Part shown: piece by piece, positions 50,905 to 60,674 of the stretch
Layout: every line of letters starts with the position of its first letter
How positions within the stretch are numbered: the stretch's first letter is position 1
NCBI GenBank assembly: GCA_016214565.1
Contig: JACROE010000002.1
Span: 344,007 to 408,006 of the forward strand
Reading direction: 5' to 3'
DNA: 64,000 nucleotides
Origin: Candidatus Kerfeldbacteria bacterium
Lineage (GTDB): Bacteria; Patescibacteriota; Patescibacteriia; UBA10025; JAHIVO01
Notes under the pieces: generated by a model
The model's input: the letters and a program-made list of their open reading frames with translations, nothing else
Databases searched by the model: none
What the model was told of the DNA's origin: nothing
Program-made: the position numbers and the translations under genes

Positions 50905-50967
50905 CTCAGTTGGTAGAGCAGATCCCTCTTAAGGATACGGTCGGGGGTTCGAATCCCTCACGGCGCA
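50895..50967 (+). tRNA. tRNA-Lys(CTT), CCA not encoded
   Basis: GCGCCGT/ACGGCGC acceptor, CTCTTAA loop, GGTTCGAAT. Confidence 0.95.
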
Positions 50968-51116
50968 AAGCCTGAATCAGGCCATATCAAAAACCCCTGC
51001 TCAAAATGTCCGCCGCAAAACTTCGGCCGACTCCGCGGGGGTTTTTGCTACCCAAAAAGAAAACCGCCGGTAGAAAGCCACCAGCGGTTAGATTCAAATG
51101 TATTCTCCTATAAAGA

Positions 51117-52601
51117 TCAATGTTGTAACTGTTCGTCATGCAAGACCAGACGCGGTCGTGTTTCGACGATAAGTTCGCCCCCCTCCGGCTCCCAGCCTTC
51201 ATTGTAGGTACGGCCAGCTGGTGGAACAAAACCAGTATCTTTGAGACACCGGTCAATCGTCTCAGGACGAGCGCTCTTCCCATCAGGAAGACGTGGAAAA
51301 TGCGCGCACGCGCCGGTAACCCGCCGTGTACCATTGCCATTGTGACCATTACCGTTAGCAGTATGATCAAATTGCTGGCGCACCACGATCCGATGCAAAC
51401 ATTCGATAATGACGAACTCCAGCGCTAATCGGCGAAGTTCATGCGTGTCTTCTGGAATGGACTCCAGAATCGACGCGGGGAGGTGAATGTTCAGATCCAA
51501 TAGTGACCCCCTCAATTCATACTCCATACAGCCAAGGCGCCTCACATGAAACACGATATCCATGTCAGGCCAGGGACTGCCATTGGGCAAAAAGGTGATA
51601 GACTGAATCCCCAGATCCTGCACCAGTGATAGCTGATGCACATCAACGCGATCGCGTCCGTTTTTCCGAATCAGCCGAGCCGGTTCAGTGCGGATCTGCT
51701 CGCGGTGGCGACGCATGACCGGCGCAATCTCCGGTAATCCATGCTGAAACCAACGGCACCATTCACCCGCTTTCTCACGAGCGATCTGCCATCGCTGATT
51801 GTAGGATGCCATATATGCGGTCATGGCCGTCAATTGGCGATCCTCTACTACCCAGATGGGGTGCGCCGAATTGAATGGCGTCCGCTCATGATCAGCCACG
51901 GTTTTTCCTTCTGCCTTGAGCAATTGCTTGATGTTGCTCACCGACATCATGTTGAACTGTGGGCTGCCCACACCAACGACCTGGAAGACAAACCAAAGCC
52001 ACTCGACTGCTGCGACGTCCCCATCAGCCGCCAATTGGATAAGATTGGTGATCCAAGCTTTATAGAGGTGCTCCACGCAGTGACAGGAATCCTGAATCAG
52101 CCATAACAATCTTGGTTGGGCCGACTCAGGGATGCTTTTGAAACCGCGTAATCCGCACCGCAATGTCTTCCGCAACTGTTCATTGCAGGCGGGAAACGCC
52201 ATGCGACAAAACATCTGCGTATTAGCTGGACTAGAGCTGATATGGAGTAACAATCGAATCAGTAAATGGACACGAACCAGCTCAAACGGGGCTGGCATGA
52301 TATCAATCTCCCGCGTGACCAATTCATCGACGATCATCATTTCACCCCGCTCAATGCACGAGATGATAATAGCGTCAGCCAATGCTTTAAACCGAGGCGA
52401 ATCGGTACTCACCGAATATATATGCCCCGAAGCGACTGCCTCGATTACGACACGAAGTGCCTGCCGCCGGCCCGCAGCATCATGCTCCGGTCGAAAAAGG
52501 AAATTCACCACTTTGTTGATTCGCCGATCAGACTGATCACGAAAAATCTGAGTAAGCCACCCATCCAGATTAGGAATTTGGACACCAGCTGCTGTTCCCA
52601 C
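51117..52601 (-). CDS. Hypothetical protein (494 aa)
   Basis: Long ORF, GTG start with AGGAAGGAG SD, own promoter and terminator. Confidence 0.8.
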   Translation of the reverse strand: MGTAAGVQIPNLDGWLTQIFRDQSDRRINKVVNFLFRPEHDAAGRRQALRVVIEAVASGHIYSVSTDSPRFKALADAIIISCIERGEMMIVDELVTREIDIMPAPFELVRVHLLIRLLLHISSSPANTQMFCRMAFPACNEQLRKTLRCGLRGFKSIPESAQPRLLWLIQDSCHCVEHLYKAWITNLIQLAADGDVAAVEWLWFVFQVVGVGSPQFNMMSVSNIKQLLKAEGKTVADHERTPFNSAHPIWVVEDRQLTAMTAYMASYNQRWQIAREKAGEWCRWFQHGLPEIAPVMRRHREQIRTEPARLIRKNGRDRVDVHQLSLVQDLGIQSITFLPNGSPWPDMDIVFHVRRLGCMEYELRGSLLDLNIHLPASILESIPEDTHELRRLALEFVIIECLHRIVVRQQFDHTANGNGHNGNGTRRVTGACAHFPRLPDGKSARPETIDRCLKDTGFVPPAGRTYNEGWEPEGGELIVETRPRLVLHDEQLQH

Positions 52602-52720
52602 ACGAAACTCCTTCCTGTTTTCTATTGTTAACGTTTATTCTCAATGAACGATATCCCACCTTAGCAATCTTTTTTTCATATTGTCAAGGCTGCAGGGATA
52701 GAGTAGGGTACTAAGTAGCT

Positions 52721-54172
52721 ATGCATTCACTCGCCGCGCTGACGCGCAATACTCAATTGACCTTTCTCGCTGCTTTTCGGCGTGATTTCCCCCATGCGGA
52801 AATCTTTGTAGTGGGCGGCATTGTCCGGGATGCCCTCATCGGTCGGTCGTCAAAAGACTACGATCTCGTGATCCGCAATGTGCCTGCCAAAAAACTACAC
52901 GCCTGGCTCCAGCGCCATGGCCATGTCGATCTGGTAGGACGATCATTTGGCGTATTTAAATTTTTACCCAAAGGTAACACACTGACGGAACCGATTGATA
53001 TCGCCTTACCACGCACTGAACATGCCTGGGGGACTGGCGGCTATCGCGACGTTGAAATCCAGTCCAACCCAATCCTACCGATTGAAGATGACTTGGCGCG
53101 ACGCGACTTCACCATCAACGCGCTTGCCTATGATGTGATCACCAAAACATTGATTGACCCCTACAACGGTCAACCGGATATTCAGAAAAAAATTATCCGA
53201 ACCGTTGGCGCCCCGTCGAAACGTTTTGGCGAAGATTATTCTCGGCTGTTGCGAGGGTTGCGCTTCAGCGCCCAATTAGGATTCACCATTGAACCGAAAA
53301 CCTGGCGCGCACTAAAAACATCAATGCGGCATATCAATAAAAAGCTTAACGGCGAATATGTGGTGCCCCGGGAAACCATTGCCAGCGAAATGAAAAAAAC
53401 GTTCGTGAGTATTCCGGCGATAGCGTTTGACCTGTATGACCAATCGGGTGCCATTAAAGAACTGATGCCCGAATTGCTCCCGATGAAGCGCTGCCCCCAA
53501 CCAAAACAATTCCACTCTGAAGGCGATGTCTGGAAACACACGCGACTGTGTTTATCTAATCTGATGGCGCCTGCTTTTTCCAAAAAATTTCCCGGAACAC
53601 CACTGACGGCCGAGCTTGTCTTCGCCGTACTTTGGCATGACATCGGCAAGCCAGCCACTCTGAAACGCAGTGATCGGTTGCGGTTCAATAACCATGATAT
53701 CGTGGGAGCTCGCATGGCACGCGCCATCATGGATCGCTTACGGCTTTCAAGCGCCGGAGTTAACACCGCTCATATCGAATGGCTGATCAGCCGGCATATG
53801 ATCGTGGCCAGCACCAAATATTCACCCATGAAAAAGACAACGATTGAAAAATATTTCTACCACGAGCAAAATCCGGGAGAACAATTGCGTAAGTTGAGCT
53901 ATGTGGACATCCTCTCCACCCTCGCCGCCCGCACCGGCAAGCCGAATCTGACTGACTACCGTGCACTGGAGCGTCAAATCATGAGCATCAAACCCCGCCG
54001 CGGTAATCGACTGGCGCCAGACTTGCTCTCCGGCAATGACATCATGCGCGCTCTGCATCTTCGGCCGGGCCCGCGCATTGGAAAAATCAAATCAAAGCTC
54101 CGCGAAGCGCAATTGCGCGGCACGATCAAAACTAAATCCCAAGCACGGGCATATCTCACCAAACTCTCATGA
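52721..54172 (+). CDS. cca: Class II tRNA nucleotidyltransferase (CCA-adding-like) with HD domain
   Basis: VGGIVRD, DYD, RRDFTINA, EDYSRLLR, HSEGDVWKHT, HDIGK. Confidence 0.92.
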   Translation: MHSLAALTRNTQLTFLAAFRRDFPHAEIFVVGGIVRDALIGRSSKDYDLVIRNVPAKKLHAWLQRHGHVDLVGRSFGVFKFLPKGNTLTEPIDIALPRTEHAWGTGGYRDVEIQSNPILPIEDDLARRDFTINALAYDVITKTLIDPYNGQPDIQKKIIRTVGAPSKRFGEDYSRLLRGLRFSAQLGFTIEPKTWRALKTSMRHINKKLNGEYVVPRETIASEMKKTFVSIPAIAFDLYDQSGAIKELMPELLPMKRCPQPKQFHSEGDVWKHTRLCLSNLMAPAFSKKFPGTPLTAELVFAVLWHDIGKPATLKRSDRLRFNNHDIVGARMARAIMDRLRLSSAGVNTAHIEWLISRHMIVASTKYSPMKKTTIEKYFYHEQNPGEQLRKLSYVDILSTLAARTGKPNLTDYRALERQIMSIKPRRGNRLAPDLLSGNDIMRALHLRPGPRIGKIKSKLREAQLRGTIKTKSQARAYLTKLS

Positions 54173-55110
54173 CCACCTATACCGCAACGACCTCGGATGC
54201 AGCAAAACGACTGGACGTGTTCCTTCACGAGCAGCTGCCTGATTTGACGCGATCGCAAATCCAGAAGCGGATAAAGGTCGGCTTAGTTTCAATCAATGGT
54301 AAATCACCCGCGGTCCACCAATTCCTTAAGGCAGGTGATGTTATTGCAATGATTGACACCATGCCCGAGGCTCCAATGGTATTGCCAAATACGGCACGGG
54401 CAAAAACCCTGCCCGCAATTCCCATACTGGCAGATACGCATAAGTATGTCGTCATCAATAAACCCGCCGGTGTCCTGGTGCACCCAGCCGCCGTCACTGA
54501 CGAACCCACGCTGGTGGATTGGTTTGTGCAGCACAATCCTCAGAGTGCTAAGGTGGGCGAAGATCCGATGCGGCCGGGGATTGTCCATCGCCTGGATCGT
54601 GACGTGTCTGGGCTGATGGTGATCGCCAAGACCCAAGACGTATTCGATGACCTCAAAGAACAATTCAAATCCCACAGCATTGAAAAATGGTACTACGCAC
54701 TGTGTATCGGCCAACCGCAGAAGGACGAGGGAGAAATTCGATTTAATATTGATCGCAGCACGCGGGCAGGGCATAAAATGGCGGCTGTCCCGGAGCATGA
54801 AGCGCGGGGACGTCGGGCAATCACCCGATTTGAAGTAGTCGAACGATTGCCCGGGCACAGCTTACTCAAATTAGACATCCTCACCGGACGCACTCATCAA
54901 ATCCGCGTGCATCTCAATGCCTTCAATCTGCCGATCGTCGGCGATCAGCTATACCGGCATCCAAAGGCCAAAACGACTATCACGACGAATCGTATCTGCT
55001 TGCAGGCGTACCACCTAGTATTTACTGACCAAGCGGGCCATCGACTGACGTTTGACCTCCCTTTAGACCCCACCATTAAGGCCCTGTGTGACAAACTGCG
55101 CCGGGGTTGA
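54169..55110 (+). CDS. RluA/RluD-family pseudouridine synthase
   Basis: S4 domain, NKPAGVLVHP, HRLDRDVSG, TGRTHQIRVH. Confidence 0.95.
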   Translation: MTTYTATTSDAAKRLDVFLHEQLPDLTRSQIQKRIKVGLVSINGKSPAVHQFLKAGDVIAMIDTMPEAPMVLPNTARAKTLPAIPILADTHKYVVINKPAGVLVHPAAVTDEPTLVDWFVQHNPQSAKVGEDPMRPGIVHRLDRDVSGLMVIAKTQDVFDDLKEQFKSHSIEKWYYALCIGQPQKDEGEIRFNIDRSTRAGHKMAAVPEHEARGRRAITRFEVVERLPGHSLLKLDILTGRTHQIRVHLNAFNLPIVGDQLYRHPKAKTTITTNRICLQAYHLVFTDQAGHRLTFDLPLDPTIKALCDKLRRG

Positions 55111-55173
55111 CAGGTCAGAGCAATATCGGTATGCTGGTGATTACTTAAAAAGAACTAATCGCCGTTTTTTTGT

Positions 55174-55521
55174 ATGAAAAAAACTATCGCAGAATTGAAC
55201 AAGCAGCATCTCAAAACAGACCTGCCGGACCTCAAGCCCGGGCAAACCGTGGCCGTATACCAAAAGATTATTGAAGGAGAGAAAGAGCGTATCCAAAAAT
55301 TTGAAGGTACCATCTTAGGCCGTAGTGGTGGCAATGGTATCAATGGCACAATCACCGTGCGTAAGATTGCCGAAGGTGTGGGCGTAGAGAAAATATTCCC
55401 TATCAATCTCCCCACCATCACCAAAATTGAAGTGCTGAAGACTGCCCGTGTCCGACGAGCCAAACTCTACTACCTCCGCTCCTACAAAAAGAAATTGAAG
55501 GAAATTAAGGGCAAAAAATAG
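55174..55521 (+). CDS. rplS: 50S ribosomal protein L19
   Basis: ERIQKFEG, TVRK, GVGVEK, VRRAKLYYLR. Confidence 0.98.
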   Translation: MKKTIAELNKQHLKTDLPDLKPGQTVAVYQKIIEGEKERIQKFEGTILGRSGGNGINGTITVRKIAEGVGVEKIFPINLPTITKIEVLKTARVRRAKLYYLRSYKKKLKEIKGKK

Positions 55522-55551
55522 GACTCAGGCTGTCCCTTCCTAAATTTACGA

Positions 55552-55639
55552 GCGGACGTGGCGCAATTTGGTAGACGCGCTAGCTTGAGGTGCTAGTCCC
55601 CGTGAGGGGTTGGAGGTTCAAGTCCTCTCGTCCGCACCA
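55552..55639 (+). tRNA. tRNA-Leu(GAG)
   Basis: TTGAGGT loop, long variable arm, CCA. Confidence 0.96.
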
Positions 55640-55699
55640 ATCCATTGCCGAATGATCCTCAAGTCATGCTCGGCCATATCCTTTTTCAATCAGAATATC

Positions 55700-55801
55700 C
55701 CGAGCCTGCCCATTGGCAGGCGAGGAAAAGGAGAGTGTGCGCCAAGGGTGGAGTTGCTTTGCGGAAGCAAAGAAACGTAACCCGCGCCGCACAGTCGACG
55801 T
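55700..55801 (+). repeat. tRNA-5'-abutting structured element, copy 3
   Basis: CCGAGCCTGCC-CATT-GGCAGGCGAGGAAAAGGAGA...GGTGGAGTTG-hairpin-AAACGTAACC...TCGACGT. Confidence 0.9.
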
Positions 55802-55877
55802 GGTGGCTATAGCACAGTGGTTAGTGCGCTGGTCTGTGGCACCAGACACGAGGGTTCGAATCCCTCTAGCCACCCCA
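55802..55877 (+). tRNA. tRNA-His(GTG) with encoded G-1
   Basis: G-GTGGCTA/TAGCCAC-C-CCA, CTGTGGC loop. Confidence 0.96.
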
Positions 55878-55926
55878 AAAAAGGTTTCATCATAGCAATA
55901 TGGTGGAACTTTTTTTGTATGACACG

Positions 55927-56619
55927 CTATCGATCTGATGATTTTCGGGCGAACTGAAAAGAAAACCAGAGTACAATACTAATAAATACTCCATACGCGA
56001 GCACAAACGACGCTGTATGGTGCCATATGCCAGGCTTATAGATTGGCAATCGTTTCATGAGCAGCACCAAAGGATTTGGCTCATAATAATCAAACGAAAA
56101 AACTAAATTACTCGCATAGGCCTCCCCATTGATCAATAATCGGCCGTCGGGATACCAGTCGTGCGGCAACGCAAGCCACGTCAAACCATCGGCATTCGCT
56201 TGATCGATAGACAAAATAAACTGTGCATCTTTTGAATGAGCCACCGGCGGTAGAGTCAGGGTAATAGTTTGAGGTCCTGGCTCAGGACTGATGGTGACGA
56301 CCTGCTCGAGCAAACGCTCACGCTCACCATAGGAACGAACAGAGGCGCGGATATCATGACTAAGGCGCTCATTAATGACGGTAAATTGAATTCTGGCTAA
56401 ATCTGGTTGAGACGCAATAAAAGCCTGTTCAAGAACAGCCGGAACGCCGGGATCAAATGTAATAGACTGGGCGTGGGCATAGGTAAAAACTGGATTGCCT
56501 TCTGTATCATAATATCGTGTCGAAATAACAAAAATTAACACAACCGCTCCCACAGCGCTCGCCAACACGACGGTGAGTAAGATTGGTAACCGATGTTGTT
56601 TAGGTAATACGGCAAACAT
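55927..56619 (-). CDS. Hypothetical membrane-anchored protein
   Basis: N- and C-terminal TM segments; coupled to the upstream GT-C gene. Confidence 0.75.
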   Translation of the reverse strand: MFAVLPKQHRLPILLTVVLASAVGAVVLIFVISTRYYDTEGNPVFTYAHAQSITFDPGVPAVLEQAFIASQPDLARIQFTVINERLSHDIRASVRSYGERERLLEQVVTISPEPGPQTITLTLPPVAHSKDAQFILSIDQANADGLTWLALPHDWYPDGRLLINGEAYASNLVFSFDYYEPNPLVLLMKRLPIYKPGIWHHTASFVLAYGVFISIVLWFSFQFARKSSDR

Positions 56620-56620
56620 A

Positions 56621-58105
56621 TTATAAGTAATATCGAGGAAGGATATAAAAGAAAAGCGCGCACACATTAATGAGAATAATCCCATTCGTGAGAGATAAGT
56701 ACAGTGCTCGATGAAACTTTTGCGGCAGCAATTTCTGCAATCCAACCACCAATAGAATAGTTAATGGGGCGATAACCGGGAAGAGGTAGCGCCCATCAAT
56801 CGGGAAACCAGGCATTATGCCGGTAGTCAAAAGTGATTTGAGAAAAATCAACAATAATAATCCCTCCAGAGCCACGATGAAAATGCATAATAGTAGCATT
56901 TGCATCATGTATGATTGAGGTTGCTGACGCCTAGTAACCACAAGATGTACTAACCCAAAAAACCCAAGTCCAGCACTGATGGCAAAAAGTACCTGGTACA
57001 GCGAGCCCAAAGCAAATTCATGACAACAACCAAAGGCGGAAAAATAAGTAAGAAACATATAAAAATATCTCAGTACAATGGCGGTAATCATAAGTCCCGC
57101 TCCTGCACCACTGACCGTAGCCGAATCAAAATTGCTCAGCCCCGTAATCTGACTTGATCCGATCTGCCCCACTGAATCGGAAAAAAACCACCACCCCGCA
57201 ATTGCCAGCGTAACCCCAACAATAATTAAAGCATATGCCGCACAGCGCCGAAAATTTCGCTCTCTCATGCACTGAATAAGATAAAAAATCCCCAATGGCA
57301 CGGCAAATACGATGAATTGAGGCTTGGTCAATACGCCTCCTGCAAAAATTAACCCCAACCATAACGCCTGCTGCCACTGCATCTTTTCCGAGAGATATTT
57401 AACCAGGAGATACACCAATAGCGTGCCAAAGGTAATTAATAAATGATCATTGTTCAATCCTGAGGCCGTATACGCCAGTCGGGGCATGAAGCCGATCAAT
57501 GCCGCAACGGTCAGCGCACCCAGATGACTAGTCAACACACGTCGCGCCAGTTGATAAGCAAAAAATACGGTCAGCAATAAAAAAATAATATTAAACGCTC
57601 GCATCGCGTACGACCGAGTTATAATGTCGGCATGATAAAAAAGTAAATAAGGGATTGCCTCCAATGCATAATACAATGGGGGATATCGATATGTGGGATT
57701 CTGATAGTTATCCAGGGAGGTGCGCCGATCCAGGCCAGCCAGCGCCGCCAGAGCTTGACCAGATCGCTCCCCGGCATCAAAATCTTGATGCTGCACCAAC
57801 CCCCGCATCGAAGCGGCCTCTATGATTTCGCTATTTTCTAAAAGCGCATCAGCGGCCCGCATTTCATCCGATTGGGTGAGCGTTGCATCGGTCTGCGGAT
57901 GAACCCCGACTGCAATCGGGAGCCGCCGCTCCTCGACGAGAAAAGCAGTGTACGCATAATGTTCTATCTCGTCATAATTTTGCCACAGCGGCACGACCAT
58001 AACGAAAACAAGCTCGTTCACCATAACGGCGAGTAAGAGCAACAAAATCAGTTTGTGGCGAATAAAAAAATTTTTTATCCCGAATGGCATAGGTTGTGCC
58101 CTCAT
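56621..58105 (-). CDS. GT-C fold glycosyltransferase (DUF2142/PMT-like)
   Basis: PLWQNYDEIEH, YPPLYY, LNND, LTK, GRYLFP, many TMs. Confidence 0.82.
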   Translation of the reverse strand: MRAQPMPFGIKNFFIRHKLILLLLLAVMVNELVFVMVVPLWQNYDEIEHYAYTAFLVEERRLPIAVGVHPQTDATLTQSDEMRAADALLENSEIIEAASMRGLVQHQDFDAGERSGQALAALAGLDRRTSLDNYQNPTYRYPPLYYALEAIPYLLFYHADIITRSYAMRAFNIIFLLLTVFFAYQLARRVLTSHLGALTVAALIGFMPRLAYTASGLNNDHLLITFGTLLVYLLVKYLSEKMQWQQALWLGLIFAGGVLTKPQFIVFAVPLGIFYLIQCMRERNFRRCAAYALIIVGVTLAIAGWWFFSDSVGQIGSSQITGLSNFDSATVSGAGAGLMITAIVLRYFYMFLTYFSAFGCCHEFALGSLYQVLFAISAGLGFFGLVHLVVTRRQQPQSYMMQMLLLCIFIVALEGLLLLIFLKSLLTTGIMPGFPIDGRYLFPVIAPLTILLVVGLQKLLPQKFHRALYLSLTNGIILINVCALFFYILPRYYL

Positions 58106-58224
58106 TATAGGAGCTTTACCCCAAATAATCCACTGGCTACCACGGGATCAACACCCGACAATATTTACCGAACAACACGAAAAGTGGTAGCGCCAGTTCA
58201 ATAATGAGGTATAATGGATATACT

Positions 58225-59547
58225 ATGGATGTGCAGAAAACCATTAGTTCTGAGGGGTCACCGGCAGATGCCTGGCGTGGCATTGGGATGATCATCTTCA
58301 TCTGCGGGCTGGCGTGGTTTGGCTACCACACGCTCTACACTACCTTTGTTGACCGGGACGTCTTTTCTGATTTCCCCACCTATTACTTTTCCGCAACCGC
58401 GCTAAGCCAAGGAGTTGATTTTTATGATCAATCAACCATTGCCCAATTAGGGCGGGAAATTCCATACGCGAAAGATATGGGCGCCTACCTGTATCCTCCG
58501 GTTCTGCTGGAATTACTCACCCCGTTAACCACGCTGGGCTATCAGCCGGCAAAAATTATTTGGGCATTGATTTCCCTCGTCGCGCTCTTTTTCATTGGGA
58601 AAGAGCTGTGGCGCCGGATACGCCCTGAGCAGCGAGATCTATTTTGGGGACTTTCCGGATTTCTGCTCATGTCGTGGCCGATGAAACAAGTGCTAGTACA
58701 TGGACAATTGGAACTTATCATCCTTTTTCTGATTTTGGTGGCTTTTCGTTGGTCACAGCATAACCATGCCGCCCGAGCGGGGATCGCGCTCGGCATCGCC
58801 ACTACTTTGAAACTATATCCCGCTTTTTTCTTCCTTTACTTCATATACAAAAAGCAATGGGGATCGCTCTGCTATGGAATCGCCACCATACTTGTGCTGA
58901 TAGGCATTTCATTTGCCATGCTGCCCGGGGAACGGCTAAATACTTTTACTACTTCGGTCATGCCAAAACTGCTCCGCGGAGAAGCCAGCCAGCAAACAGT
59001 GGGGGGTAAAATCTCATATGCCGGAACAAAATATTGGCCAAATAACTACTCACTCTCTGGATTATTCGCCCATACCATGACCAAGCAGGATGTAAGTCAG
59101 GGATTGATCGATGCGCCAAAAGCTGCCACGGCGCTCTACTATGGCTCAGCCATCGCCGTGCTGCTGACCACGCTCTATCTGCTCTTTGTTCGGCGAGCCC
59201 AGGACAGCCTACTATCTCTGTCACTGCTCAGCATTACCTTTCTCCTGATTAATCCGCTGGTCTGGGAGTACTACCTGGTACTTGCCATACCTGCATTTTT
59301 TTGGTTTTTTGATTCCAGCACCCCACCAAACAAATTCGCGAGATACGCCTTTATTATCATGGCGCTGGCATTCGCCGTCATCTGTTTGGATATATATTAT
59401 TGGTACCCATTTATGCGGCAAGGTGTGGGCACGCTGATTATGTCAATAAAGATTATTGCACTACTGTCAATCTACGGGGTATTGACCTGGAGATCATGGT
59501 CATCATCGCGCGACACCCTTCCGACGCCAACATTGAATCGAGGATAG
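58225..59547 (+). CDS. GT87-like (DUF2029) membrane glycosyltransferase
   Basis: DFPTYY, YLYPP, GQ, KLYP, NYSL, PLVWEYY. Confidence 0.85.
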   Translation: MDVQKTISSEGSPADAWRGIGMIIFICGLAWFGYHTLYTTFVDRDVFSDFPTYYFSATALSQGVDFYDQSTIAQLGREIPYAKDMGAYLYPPVLLELLTPLTTLGYQPAKIIWALISLVALFFIGKELWRRIRPEQRDLFWGLSGFLLMSWPMKQVLVHGQLELIILFLILVAFRWSQHNHAARAGIALGIATTLKLYPAFFFLYFIYKKQWGSLCYGIATILVLIGISFAMLPGERLNTFTTSVMPKLLRGEASQQTVGGKISYAGTKYWPNNYSLSGLFAHTMTKQDVSQGLIDAPKAATALYYGSAIAVLLTTLYLLFVRRAQDSLLSLSLLSITFLLINPLVWEYYLVLAIPAFFWFFDSSTPPNKFARYAFIIMALAFAVICLDIYYWYPFMRQGVGTLIMSIKIIALLSIYGVLTWRSWSSSRDTLPTPTLNRG

Positions 59548-59661
59548 ACTCGAATACGCCACGCCCCCACTTGACGACCCAGATAGAATTGAATAAGGTA
59601 GCGGGACAAACCTAACAACGCTCACCAGTCACCATCACAATCCAGAAAGGGAGGTTCGCAC

Positions 59662-60090
59662 ATGCTAACCCCAATCGCCATTGCCGCTGATCATGGCGGC
59701 TTTGAGCTCAAACAAGCGCTCATTGAAGCGCTCGACGCGCGAGGCTACCAGACCCACGATTTTGGCACTAAGACCAATGATCCGGTCGACTACCCGGACT
59801 ACATCCGTGACGTATGCCGCGCAGTCAGTAAGAGCTGGCACGGCATCCTGATCTGCGGCACGGGCATCGGCATGTCCATCGCCGCTAACCGGTTCCACGG
59901 AATCCGGGCAGCCCTCTGCCATGATACAGAGACGGCTCGGCTGTCGCGCCAGCACAACAATGCCAATGTACTATGTCTGGGTGGTCGAGTGCTTACCGCC
60001 GAACAGGCGATCGAAATTGTCACTGTTTGGCTGACCACCGAATTTTCCGGTGAGGAACGCCACCAACGCCGCCTCGACAAAATTGAATAA
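59662..60090 (+). CDS. rpiB: Ribose 5-phosphate isomerase B
   Basis: DHGGFELK, DYPD, CGTGIGMSIAAN, HNNANVL, RHQRR. Confidence 0.97.
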   Translation: MLTPIAIAADHGGFELKQALIEALDARGYQTHDFGTKTNDPVDYPDYIRDVCRAVSKSWHGILICGTGIGMSIAANRFHGIRAALCHDTETARLSRQHNNANVLCLGGRVLTAEQAIEIVTVWLTTEFSGEERHQRRLDKIE

Positions 60091-60264
60091 CGACTCACAA
60101 CGCACACTCAAATCCGAGGGGAAGAATCATTTCCCCTCGTTTTATTATCAGTCAGCCGCTGCATTATCACACCCCAGAGCAACCATAAGTAATCAAGGCA
60201 TCCAAAAAACACCCCCGAAGGGGTGTTTTTCGTTTTTTGCGAATATTATTCGCGAGAGTGATGA

Positions 60265-60528
60265 CTAGCGGGTGCGATCCTGCTGCGGGCGAGCTTCGCT
60301 CACCTTGACAGGTCGTCCACCGATCTCTTTACCATCGACTGACTGAACCGCTGTTTGCGCTTCGGCATCCGAGGACATTTCCACGAAGCCAAATCCGCGT
60401 GAGCGGCCGGTCATACGATCGGTAATCACTTTCGCTGACGTGACGGTGCCGGCCTCAGCAAATGCATTGCCGAGTTCTTCATCAGTCACGCTGTAGGAAA
60501 GATTTCCTACGAAGAGCTTGTTACCCAT
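60265..60528 (-). CDS. RRM (RNP-1) RNA-binding protein
   Basis: LFVGNL (RNP2), RGFGFVEM (RNP1). Confidence 0.96.
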   Translation of the reverse strand: MGNKLFVGNLSYSVTDEELGNAFAEAGTVTSAKVITDRMTGRSRGFGFVEMSSDAEAQTAVQSVDGKEIGGRPVKVSEARPQQDRTR

Positions 60529-60674
60529 TTTGCGTTGTGTAGACTTAGTTGTTAACTCGCTCTTTCTAGGAAGACCTTTACCATACTAGCACGATTATGC
60601 GCTAGATTCCCTAAAAAAAGGCGAACAACCGCATGCTACCATGTGCGGTGGCGGGTGTCAATGAAGCGGCGCCC

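Noticed and set aside
44866-50967. Integrated island bounded by tRNA-Arg
   Set aside because: No duplicated tRNA-Arg end found; the recombinase is degenerate and lies upstream; cargo looks host-like
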